From the human T2T-CHM13v2.0 reference genome, Homo sapiens, in assembly GCF_009914755.1 (NCBI RefSeq), contig NC_060939.1: 64,000 nt of DNA; one strand, 5' to 3'. Positions within the stretch are counted from its first letter, which is position 1. Each line of letters starts with the position of its first letter. Under the pieces are notes generated by a model. The model ran no database searches. It had not been told where the DNA came from and worked only from the letters and a program-made list of their open reading frames with translations. Made by a program: the position numbers and the translations under genes. Positions 36,453 to 49,281 of the stretch are shown here, piece by piece.

Positions 36453-38071
36453 CTAACTGCTTCCTGCTGAACTGGGGCATGGTAGGGGCTGTGCAGTTGA
36501 GATTTCCTCGGGAGAGGTGACTTTGATGTCATTAACATTGGAGCATGGGCTAGCAGGCTGGTCCAGGGGTCCACGGTAGATCTTAGTCATGGACTGCATC
36601 TGGGGCTCCATTTGAAGAACCATTTGTAGCTTTACAGCTTCGATTCTGGAAGAGACAAACTTAACAAGGAGGTTAAAGATACAGGGTCCAAAGAGGAGTA
36701 ACAATATTATAGCTGCTAGAGGTCCCAAGAAGGGGAGAATCCAGAGCATCCATTGGCTGAGGAGGCCCCAAGTCCGGTGTTTTGAAGCTCCTCTGCTCTA
36801 CGTTGTATTTGATCTTGAATTTAACTTTCTTGGTGACAATTCCAGATTGATTAACATAATAACAGCATTCTTCTCCTAAAAATAAACAGATTCCCCCTCT
36901 TTCAGTGGTTAGCAAGTCTAAAACTCTTTGATTTTGAAGGACTACTGCTGCTAGGAAGTTAAGTTGATCTTGCTCGGTGACCAGGGAATCGGCGACCTGT
37001 TCCATGTCACCATTTATTTCTTGAAATAGTTTGTAGTAGAACTGAGTACAGGTTGTGATACCGCCAGTGCCAGTACCTATTCCGCCTAGCACTCCTGCTC
37101 CAATAACAAAAGGAAGAATGGGTACTCTTTTGTTGCAGGGGTTAGGTATGACATGATTGTATGAATCTTGTTCAGTGTAGATGGTCATGGGGGGCACTAA
37201 GAATGACAGGAAGCACATAGATTCTGAAGAGCCATTCAAACAACAATAGGCTGAGGTACCACAGACAAAAAATATTCCTGAGGGTAGGCAGACTATTCGT
37301 GGGGGGGAGTTACCCACCTGATGCATTGGGAGTTGGTTGTGTCTATCGTATTGCTAAATTTTACACAGGTGAGGTTTGAGGTATGGGTTATTTCCAGATT
37401 GGAAACAAGAGGTCCTACTAAAACGGAAGTGGTGTTTATGTGTTGAAGTTGTTCCCTTGTTCAGGTACAGGGATTGAAATGTATGGCCTTAAGTGCAGAG
37501 GGAGGCACATCCAACAGTTAGTAGGGTTTTGGGCCGAGACCTCATGAAACCCAGTGAGGGTGGTATTAAATAGGCTTACCAGGCGAGTATGGGTACGGAG
37601 GGTTTCATGTAGTTTTGAGAGATCTAGTCCTTTGTAGGGGCTAGGCGTGCTATGTACTCAGGTCAGTTGGGAGATTACTTCCTTTACGTGTTTTTCTCTT
37701 GCCTGATCTTGAACTCCACCCCTATCAGACATACCAGTATGGGTGAACTAAGTCCAACAGACAGTGGCTCCAAGTCCTCCAGGACAACTAGGATTAATCA
37801 TTTTCCCTGTCCAATAATGAGTATTTGCATGCATGCAAAGAGTGGCAGAGTTATAGCAGTTGTGGGGCATATGGGTGTGGGCGGTGAAGGCGGGGTTTCC
37901 CTTAGATAAACTCCTATACGATGGGGCATCAATATGTCTGGGACGCCGCATTCTCCATAGAAACGCTTGGTAAGGGGAGCTACTGGTCCTACAGTGGCAT
38001 GGAGAGGGTGCAGTGAGACTGAAAGGTGGTGAGAGAACAGTAAAGAGAAAAATACAATAAGGGAGGGCCAT
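36453..38071 (-). pseudogene. HERV-W env (syncytin-1 paralog), disrupted
   Basis: MALPYCIFLFTVL...VCWT* with stop at codon 108; TM with ISD-like LQNQRVLDLLTTERGGICLF and CX6CC; frameshift before the transmembrane anchor. Confidence 0.93.
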
Positions 38072-38098
38072 GGGGATTTACGATTTTAGTTACTTTCC

Positions 38099-41000
38099 TC
38101 ACGGTTGTTGCTTGAAGAGCAGGCACAGATCCTCTAGAGGTTCAAAGAAATAGCTAGCGTTGTCTCCTGGATTTTCGGGTTCCTTCGGCAGTATCCAGGG
38201 TTTGATTCGAGTGTGATGTATCCAAGACTCCACTCCAGCCACTTTAACCGCAGTTGGGATAGATAAAATGACTGGGTAGGGTCCTCCCCAGGATGTGTCT
38301 AGGGATGGGGAATTAGAGGGAAGGGACTTGACTAATACCATGACACCAGGGTGGAATATTTCTTTTCCCTCCTCTCGGGGACAGGCTCCTTGTAATGTTT
38401 TAAGAACTTGTTGATATTTGGCTAAGGAGGTGATGTCTGCAACTAAGTTGGCCATCTCTTGGTCAAGCAGAAGGTCATTGGTTAGGAAGGACCGTCCATA
38501 CAGCATTCTGTATGGGCTAAGTCCTGCTTTTTGGGGAGAGTTTTGGATTCTTAGTAAGGCTATAGACAACAGAGCAGACCATGCGAGGTGGGTTTCCTGG
38601 GTTAGCTTGTTTAGATGTCGTTTGAGTGTTTCATTTTCTCAACCTTCCCTGAGGATTGTGGCCTCTAGGTGCAGTGTAAGTGATATTCTATACCTAACGC
38701 CTGGGATACTCCCTGGGTTACTGTGGCCTTGAAAGCAGGACCATTGTCACTCTGTAAGCCTCAGGGAAGTCCGAATCTGGGAATTACTTCATGAACTAGT
38801 GCCTTTATTACCTCTTGGAACTTTTCTGTCCTACAGGGGAAGGCCTCTGCCCAACCAGTGAAAGTATCTACCCAGACTAGTAGACACTGAAATCCCTGTG
38901 ATTTTGGCATGTGGATAAAATCTAGTTGCCAGTCTTCTCTTGGGTAATTGCCTGTTCTTTGTTCTCCTGAAGGAGCTTGGCGATAAGGCAGGGGATTATT
39001 TCTTTGGCACACATCACAGGCCCTGACTATCTGCTTGATAGTTTTGAAAAGGCCTGGTCCAGTAAATAATGATTTGGCTATCTGATGGGTGCTATCAATG
39101 CCTAAGTGAAAGGTTTGCTGAAGGGTTTTAAGTAATTTCCATTGGTTAGCTGCCAGCAAAAGTATTTTTCCTTCTTCAGTGGCTAGCCATCCTGAGGGGA
39201 GGAAACTATGTCCTCGTGAGGTTCCCCATTCTATTTCTTCTTCTGAGTACTGGGGCTTGGTTTCCCGGAGGGGATTACCCCATACTACGGGTCCTTTTAT
39301 AAGCATTTCTAATGGAGGGTCCTGCCTTGCGGCTCTTTTGGCTTCAATATCCTCTTGGCGGTTCCCTTCTATTTCCCTTTCCTTTCCTTTCTGATGACCC
39401 CGGCAGTGTAAGACTGTCACTTCTTTAGGTTGCTGTACAGCGAATAATAATCTCCTAATGGCTTCCTGATGTTTGATAGGTGTTCCCTCAGAAATTAGGA
39501 ATTCCCCTTCTCTCCATATTGCTGCATGGGCATGGAGGACTAGGTAAGCATACTTAGAGTCTGTATATATATTTACCCTTTTTCCTTCTCCTAATTCTAG
39601 TGCCCGAGTGAGGACTATTAGTTCTGCCAGCTGAGCACTAGTTCCCGGAGTGAGGAGATTACTTTCAAGTATTCCATTATCACTGACCACTGCATACCCT
39701 GCTTTTTGAAGTCCTTTTTCTACAAAGGAACTTCCATCAGTATACAAGTTGAGGTCAGGATCAGTCAAGGGAACCTCTAAAGGGTCCCCCTCGAGCGGTG
39801 TAGGTTTGAGCAATTACTTGTTGACAGTTATGTTCTATCTTTTCTTCATTGTCCGGAAGAAATGGGACTGGGTTAAGAGTTGCACAAATGCGCAGTCGCA
39901 GCACTGGCCCTTCAAGTAATAGAGCCTGATATTTAAGTAAACGGTTGTCTGACAGCCACAAGTCTCCTTTAGCAGTCAGTATGCCGTTCACATCATGAGA
40001 TGTCCACACAGTAAAATCTCTTCCCTGTATTATTTAAACTGCTTCAGATACTAAGACTGCTACTGCTGCCACTACCCATAAACAATGAGGCCAACCCTTT
40101 GCCACTACATCAATTTCCTTATTCAGGTATGCCACGGGTTGCAAGCTCGTCCCTCGGACCTGTGTAAGGACTCCTAGAGCTATTCCTGGTTTTTTTATGA
40201 CATATAAAGAAAAGTCTTGCCCCATCGGCAAGCTTAACACTGGGGCTTGGGTTAGGGCCTTCTTTAGGGCCTGGAAAGCCGCTTCTGCTTCAGGTGTCCA
40301 TCTTACTAAATGGGTATTGACTTTCCAAGTTTCCTTAATTAGTGTATACAATGGTCTGTCTATTTCACCGTACCTGGGAATCCATATTCGACAGAAACCT
40401 GTTATGCCAAGGAACCCTCTTAGTTGCTTTAGAGTTTTGGGATGAGGATAAGCCAGTATAGGCTGGATATGTTCCTCACTGAGGGCCCTGGTGCCTTTGG
40501 ATAATTTTAGCCCTAAGTATTAAACCTGCTGAGAGCAGAGCTGAACTTTTGGTTTGGAAACCTTGTAGTCACAGGCAGCAAGGAAATTTAAGAGCGCTTG
40601 GGTGGCTTGATGGCACAAGGTTTCTGAATGGGCAGCTAAAAGTAAATCATCCATGTACCAAAGGACAAGAGTGTCCAGGTATGAGAACTGGCTTAAGTCT
40701 CGGGTTAATGCCTGGCCAAATAGATGGGAGCTATCCCTGAACCCTTGGGGTAAAACAGTCCAGGTGAGTTGAGATGTTGGGTTCAAAGGATCTTCAAAGG
40801 CAAACAAGAATTGAGAGTCAGGATGTACAGGGATACAGAAAAAGGCATCCTTAAGGTCCAGGACTGTAAACCACTCTGCTTCCTCTGGTATTTGGGAAAG
40901 CAGAGTATAAGGGTTAGGTACAGCTGGGTGTAGATGGACAATGGCCTCATTGATAATCCCGAAATCTTGCACTAACCTCCACTGTCCATTGGGTTTCTGT

Positions 41001-41575
41001 ACTCCTAAAATTGTAGTATTGCAGGGGCTACTGCACGGTTTTACTAGGCCTTGGGCTTTTAGGTCCTTAACAATTTTTTGGAGTCCTTGTTGGGCCTCGG
41101 GTCTAAGGGGGTACTGCCTTTGGTAGGGAAAGGAGGCAGAATCCTTTAGTTTAACTCGAACAGGACGGGCATTCTTTGCTCGTCCATATTGTCCTTCTGT
41201 TACCCAGACTTCAAGCAGGGGACAACAAACGGGTGTTCCTTCTCCTATGTTCAGGTGTATAATGGCCCCTGTTTTTGCTAGAATGTCTCTCCCTAACAAG
41301 GGTGTGGCAATTTCAGGCATAATTAGAAAAGCATGTGAAAAGAGTAAAGTTCTCCAGTCACAACTTAGTGGCTGGGAGAAGTATCTAGTGACTGGCTGTC
41401 CTAGGACCCCTCAGATAGTGACAGATCTGGAGGACAGTTGTCCAGGACAGAAGAGTAAGACTGAGAAGGCCACGCCAGTGTCCAGGAGACAGTTAACCTC
41501 CTGGCCCTCAATGGTCAAGCACACCTGGGGCTCTGTGAGGGTGATGGCATGGGCTGGCACTTGCCCCGGGCACCC
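38099..41575 (-). pseudogene. HERV-W pro-pol (protease, RT, RNase H, integrase), frameshifted
   Basis: Protease LLDTG at ~41475-41490; RT LPQG and YMDD; RNase H YTDGSS...AQLAEL...YTDS; integrase WQLDF and GPY motif, spread over separate ORFs. Confidence 0.93.
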
Positions 41576-43035
41576 TCAGTCCTGCTGCTGGATCATCTGG
41601 CTAGTGGCTTCTGACTCAGAGGACCTTCATCCCCTGGGGCAGTGGGCCTTCCAGTCATTCCCTTGACATAAGGGGCATGGACGAGGGGGTGGCTTATTTC
41701 TATTTGGACAATCTTTTTTAAAGTGTCCTTGTAGACCGCACTGAAAGCAAGCCCTATTAGGCATTCGATTTGCCCAGCTTTTCCCTTTTCCAGAGCCTCC
41801 AAAGTCTGCTTGCCTGAGGGCCATGACTAAAGCAATGGCCTTTTTTTAAATCCCATTTGTCCCATTCCACCTGCTCCTCCTGATCTCTATTATAAAAAAC
41901 CGAGGTTGCCAAGTTCAATAGGTTTTCTAAGTTTTGCTCCGGGCCTAAGGCAGACTTTTGAAGTTTCTTTCTAATGTCTGCAGCTGACTGAGTGATAAAC
42001 TTATCCTCTAAGATTAGTTGGCCTTCAATATAATCAGGTGACAGAGAGGTATGCTTCCTCAATGCCTCCCTTAGTCTCACCAGAAAGGCGGTAGGATTTT
42101 CTTCCTTTCCCTGTGTTACAGTGGACATCATTGCCAATAATTCATAGGCTTCTTCCTAGTTTTCCTTAGTCCTTCTAATACGCAGGTTAGCAAATGTCTG
42201 CGGCACCAATCTCCATATCCTGATTCTGTGTCCCACTGAGGGTCTACACTGGGAACTGACTGCTGGCCTGTGGGGAATTTTTCTCTTTCCTCTGTTGTCA
42301 CCCTATCATTGACCTGACTGAGATACCAGAGATCGCCAAACTCTCAGGCTGCAGTTATGGCAGCACTTCTCTCATTTGGAGCTAGTGTCTGATTTAGCAG
42401 TAACATTGTATCTCTCCATGTCAGATCAAAGGACTGTCCTAACCCTTGTAAAACCTCAACATAGCCATCAGGGTTATCTAAGAATTTACCTAGGTCTATT
42501 TTAATTTGCTTTAAGTCTGAGAGAGAAGAAGGTACACGCACTCTGGCTGGGCCGAATTCTCCTCCCACTGCTTGGAGTGGGCATAATCGGGGAAAATTGC
42601 ACTCTGTGGTTCATTGTTTACCCCTTTGTCTATCTCCTTTTGGACAGTTTGGGTTGAAGGGGGGTCCTTATTAGTTGGGGAAGGAGTCGAGGGGACGCTG
42701 GGGTAGGGAGGTAGACTCTGAGGGCTTCCCGTAGGGCATAAATCACACTTTTTACATAATTGTGAGTTGTCTCTTAATGAAAAGAAAGTTTGTACATATG
42801 GCACTTCACTCCTTATGCCTTCTTTTCTACAAAAGAGGTGTAGCTGTAAGCTAGTGTTATAATTTATACTTCCCTCAGGAGGCCAGGTTTCTCCCCCTTG
42901 AAGAGGATATCGTGGCCAGGTGGTACTGCAGAAGAATATAAGTCGTTTATTTCTTAGCATGTGAGAGTCCAGTTGGTCCCAATTCTCCAGAATACATCTC
43001 AGGGGCGTTTCTGCCTTGGGGGGAACGTTTCCCAT
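41576..43035 (-). pseudogene. HERV-W gag, frameshifted
   Basis: MGNVPPKAETPLRCILENWDQ start; PPPY late domain; major homology region QGKEENPTAFL; zinc knuckle CFQCGLQGHFKKDC. Confidence 0.92.
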
Positions 43036-43045
43036 TGCTTTGGAG

Positions 43046-43063
43046 ATCCCTTCGTGGTCACCA
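43046..43063 (-). other. Primer binding site, tRNA-Arg-like
   Basis: TGGTGACCACGAAGGGAT, 2 nt after the U5 terminal CA. Confidence 0.75.
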
Positions 43064-43065
43064 AA

Positions 43066-43566
43066 TGTTACTGGGGGTCCTTACTCCCAGAGCTCCCGAT
43101 AGTGGCAGGCTGCTTCCAAGACGGTGGCAAGCCTCGTGTTCTCTGACCTGGGGTTCTTGGCCTCACGGATTCCAAGGAATGGAATCTTGGGCCATGCGGT
43201 GAGTGTTATAGCTCTATTAGAAGCCATGGGTCACGGAAGAGAACCGTGGAACCCAGTGACTAGTGTTCAGCTCGATTAGGACGAACCCAGGCTCTTAGCC
43301 GTGCAGGAACAATGGCAAGCCTTCAGTCCGATCAGGAGTGGCAATGGGCGCCTCGCTGGATCAGGAGCACAGCAGACACCCTGCTGGATCCGGAGGGATG
43401 GAAGTCAGCGGCGGGTCTGCGACAGCGGCAAACAACAGGGGTGGACGGCGAGCAAAAGCTCAGCTGGAGCCGTAACAAATATGGACCAGAAGACTGCAGA
43501 AGCAAGACTTAATAGAGTGAAAACAGAGCTCCCATACAAAGGGAGGGGACCCAAAGAGGGTAGCCC
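43066..43566 (-). mobile_element. 5' LTR17 R-U5 only
   Basis: Shares the R segment (gctaccctctttgggtcccctccctttgtatgggagctc) with the 3' copy; ends ...CAGTAACA. Confidence 0.88.
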
Positions 43567-44324
43567 TGAACATATATTTTCAATTATCTTGGGCATATGC
43601 CTGTAAGGGGAATTGCTAGGCCATATAGTAGCTCTACGTTTAACCATTTGAAGAACTGCCAAACTTTCCCAAAGTGACTGCACCATTTTACTTTCCAACC
43701 AGTAGTGTATGAAGCTTCCAATTGTTTCACATCCTCAACAGCACTTGTAATTTTCCATCTTTTTGACTGCAGTCATCCTAGTGAACATGAAATGGTAACT
43801 CAGTGTGGTTTTGTTTTCAACGAATGCAATATCTTCACCAGGAAAAAAAAAAACTCAGCCTCTGGCACTTGGTATGTAACAACTAAACTGGCATCCTTTT
43901 CAAAAGGGGGATCAAAAGCAGCTTACTTTAACTTGATGTGTTAGGATTATTCCTCAAATGTATTAACATTATGTATTCCTGTCACGTGACTTGACTGTGC
44001 ATCCTATGAGAAGAGTCCATGTCCCTTGCCTTGATGACTTTAGGCTTGAGCATGTGACATGCTCTAAGACAAAATATGAGAAGATGTGATAATGTGCCAC
44101 AATTGAGCAGAAACTTACAACTGCTCTCCATCTCTCTCTCTCTCCTACACTCTGTCATAGCCCTGACAGAGGCTGCTCCTTGAGCCCCGGTCCCAGAATG
44201 AGAAGACACAAACAACAGAATTCCAGTCTAGAGCTAAGCAAAGCCAAACCTCTTACCCAGCAGACATTTGGTATTTAAATTAAAATTTTTATAACTACTT
44301 TTAAGTGCATAGGAAAAAATCTTG

Positions 44325-45375
<1,051 letters not shown>

Positions 45376-45529
45376 CTATGCTGGTCTCCACCTAACATAG
45401 CTGAGATTAAATTATAATGAATTTACATTTTAAGAAAAAGGATATCAATATAAAAACATGTTGATTTAGATAAAGAACTTTGTACATATGTGATTACATT
45501 TATAGATCTCATTGAAAACACAAGCTTAA

Positions 45530-47796
45530 TGGAAGCATTCCCTTTGAAAACCGGCATAAGGATGCTCTCTGTCACTATTCATATTCAACACAGTACTGGA
45601 AGTACTGGCCAGGGAATCAGGCAAGAGAAGAAAGAAAGGGTATTCAAATAGGAAGAGAGGAAGTCAAATTGTCTCTGCAGATGACATGATTGTGTATTTA
45701 GAAAACCCCACTGTCTCCACCCAAAAACTCCTTAAGCTGATAAGCAACTTCAGCAAAGTCTCAGGATACAAAATCAATGTGCAAAAATCACAAGCGTTCC
45801 TATACACCCTTAACAGACAAACAGCCAAATCATGAGTGAACTCCTATTCACAACTGCTACAAACAGAATAAAATGCTTAGGGATACAACTTACAAGGGAT
45901 GTGAAGGACCTCTTCAAGGAGAACTACAAACCACTGCTCAAGGAAATAAGAGAGGACACAAACAAATGGAAAAACATTCCATGCTCATGGATAGGAAGAA
46001 TCAATCATGAAAATGGCCATACTGCCCAAAGTAATTTATAGATTCAATGCTATTACCATCAAGCTACCAATGACTTTCTTCACAGAATTAGAAAAAAATA
46101 CTTTAAATTTCATGTAGAACCAAAAAAGAGCCCATATAGCCAAGGCAACCCCAAGCAAAAAGAACAAAGCTGGAGGCATCAAGCTACCTGACTTCAAACT
46201 ATACAAAAAGGCTATGGTAACCAAAACACCATGGTACTGGTACCAAAACAGAGACATAGACAAATGGAACAGAACAGAACTCAGAAATACCACCATACAT
46301 CTACAACCATCTGATCTTTGACAAACCTGAGAAAAACAAGCAATGGGGAAAGGATTCCCTATTTAATAAATGGTGCTGGGAAAACTGGCTAGCCATATGC
46401 AGAAAACAGAAACTGGACCCCTTCCTTACACCTTATACAAAAATTAACTCAAGATGGACTAATAACTTAAATGGAAAACCTAAAACCATAAAAAGTCTAG
46501 AAGAAAACCTAGGCAATACCATTCAGGACATAGGCACGGGCAAAGACTTCATGACAAGGCCACCAAAAAGCAATTGCAACAAAAGCCAAAATCGACAAAT
46601 GGGATCTAATTAAAGAGCTTCTGCCTAGCAAAAGAAACTATCGTGAGAGTGAACAGGCAACCTACAGAATGGGAGAAAATTTTCGTAATCTATCCATCTG
46701 ACAAAGGGCTAATATCCAGAATCTACAAGGGACTTAAACAAATTTACAAGAAAAAAACAACCCCATCAAAAAGTGAGTGAAGGATATGAACAGACACTTC
46801 TCAAAAGAAGACATTTACGCAGCCAACAAACTTATGAAAAAAAGCTCATCATCACTTGTCATTAGAGAAATGCAAATCAAAACCACAATGAGATACCATC
46901 TCATGCCAGTTAGAATGGTGATCATTAAAAAGTCAGGAAACAACAGATGCTGGTGAGGCTGTGGAGAAATACGAACGCTTTTACACTGTTGGTGGGAGTG
47001 TAAATTAGTTCAACCATTGTGAAGACAGTGTGGCAATTCCTCAAGGATCTACAACCAGAAATGCCATTTGACCCAGCAATCCCATTACTGGGTATATACC
47101 CAAAGGATTACAAATCATTCTACTATAAAGACACATGCACGGCCAGGCGCGGTGGCTCATGCCTATAATCCCAGCACTTTGGGAGGCCGAAGCAGGTGGA
47201 TCACGAGGTCAGCAGATTGAAACCATTCTGGCCAAAATGGTGAAACCCCATCTCTACTAAAAATACAAACATTAGCTAGGTGTGGTGGTGCACACATGTA
47301 GTCCCAGCTACTACGTAGGCTGAGGCAGAACTGCTTGAACCTGGGAGGCGGAGGCAGAGGTTGCAGCAAACCAATATTGCGCCACTGCGCTCCAGCCTGG
47401 GCAACAGAGCCAGACTCCGTCTCAAAAAAAAAAAAAAAAAAAGAATTTATGTACTTTGTAGGGACATGGATGAAGCTGGAAACCATCATTCTCAGCAAAC
47501 TAACTAACACAGGAACAGAAAACCAAACACCACATGTTCTCACTCATAAGTGAGAGCTGAACAATGAGAATACATGGACACAGGGAGGGGAACATCACAC
47601 ACTGGGGCCTGTCGGGGGCGGGTGGGGGGCAAGGGGAGGGAGAGCATTAGGACAAATACCTAATGCCTGCAGGGCTTAAAACCTAGATGACGGGTTGACA
47701 GGTGCAGCAAACACCATGGCACATGTATATCTATGTTACAAACCTGCACGTTCAGCACATGTATCCCAGAACTTAAAAAAAAAAAGGAGAAAAAAA
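45530..47796 (+). mobile_element. 5'-truncated L1PA (ORF2 RT to 3' UTR) with internal Alu at 47141-47442
   Basis: [11 protein letters not shown] region; [34 protein letters not shown]; TSD GAAAA(C/T)ACAA(G/A)CTTAA at 45514-45529 and 47797-47812. Confidence 0.93.
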
Positions 47797-48398
47797 GAAA
47801 ATACAAACTTAACGCTAGAGTAAAAAGTAATACCAATTCTTAGTAACTTCAAAAAAAATTTTAACTATATGAATAATAGCTTCATAATAAATTAACTACT
47901 CCCTTAACACAATTATTAATGCAAATTTGCTTAGTGGATTAAAAAACATCTGTGTCATATCTGCCATCCTCTCAAACAACATCTACCTTCTCTAAAACCT
48001 CAATTTGATCTGAGCCATCCCAACTCTCAACTACTCCTCCACACTGCCTGAGATGAAAAACGGCTGGGATTGAATGACTGCCAAAATATATTAAACCAAT
48101 CTAACTGCAGGGTAACGGAGTGGATTTCTGCCTGAGGTAGTTTAAGTTGGTTCACATATCTACAAACACTATTGCAAACACCCTTCCCAATTATTATATA
48201 CACACTGAGACTGGCACCCCATGATACTGCATATGCTGAATTCCTAGAAAAATAAACCTCAAGTAGAAAATATTCCTAAAATATTCACTTTTGTTTAAAA
48301 GGAAATTACTTATCTGTCCTGGTAAAAAGACATAAAATGACAAATATACAATAAACATTAAAATTAACAGTGTTAGGTTAAAAAATCATTATCCATGA

Positions 48399-48404
48399 TT
48401 TATT
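48399..48404 (-). terminator. PIGBOS1: Candidate PIGBOS1 polyadenylation signal AATAAA
   Basis: TTTATT on the plus strand ~410 nt downstream of the stop codon. Confidence 0.55.
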
Positions 48405-48462
48405 TTTAAGTACATCTATGTTTTTGCTAGATTAGAGTTAACATAATTAAATGGAACTTTAA

Positions 48463-48801
<339 letters not shown>

Positions 48802-48816
48802 TAACTCCATGTAGTA

Positions 48817-48981
48817 TTAACTTTTCTTCTCTTCTGATTCTTGTACCAACTGCATCTTTTCTTTTAATTCCTTCTGATCTTTGGCATACTGTTCAAATAC
48901 TGGTTGAAAAATATATACTCCTCCAGCAATTCCAAGGACAGTGGCAAAAAGCAGTTGTGCAAAAGTCAATCTCCTAAACAT
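48817..48981 (-). CDS. PIGBOS1: PIGBOS1 54-aa single-pass mitochondrial outer membrane microprotein: [54 protein letters not shown]
   Basis: Translated by hand: 165 nt ATG..TAA, one hydrophobic helix and a charged tail; acceptor ttttgtatgcAG at 49057-49058 upstream; matches the recalled PIGBOS sequence. Confidence 0.95.
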   Translation of the reverse strand: MFRRLTFAQLLFATVLGIAGGVYIFQPVFEQYAKDQKELKEKMQLVQESEEKKS

Positions 48982-49281
48982 TGCTGCAACAAATACAGCT
49001 CAAGGAAAAGCTGGTTTTGGAAAGTCACACTCCACACCCAGGAAATCTCTTCAAATCTGCATACAAAAATGGAAAGCAAAGCCATCACTTAGTACAATGT
49101 CCTTTTAAAAGATGTTATGTCACTACTTTGCACTGGAGTGAACAATATTTTTATAATATGTTACTAATTAAAACAAGAATATAAATACATAAGGAGTACA
49201 GGAAGTGAATTAGGGAAGGGTATAAGACAAAACTAAAACCTTTTCTATTACAGAATGTTCTCAATGGTTTTAAATGCATAC

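Larger units (their letters stand above)
36071..43566 (-). mobile_element. HERV-W (HERV17/LTR17) processed pseudogene: R-U5-gag-pro-pol-env-U3-R plus degenerate polyA
   Basis: Syncytin-like env; 5' end lacks U3 and 3' end lacks U5; A-rich tail at 36052-36071; TSD TGAACATATAT at 36017-36027 and 43567-43577. Confidence 0.95.

Noticed and set aside
36453-38071. Calling this env syncytin-1 (ERVW-1) or a functional fusogen
   Set aside because: Premature stop, frameshifts, lost furin site, retained 4-aa tail segment and no full LTRs
38761-39813. 350-aa RNase H/integrase ORF as a domesticated gene
   Set aside because: Fragment of a frameshifted pol with no ATG at its start; length is unremarkable for an ERV of this age
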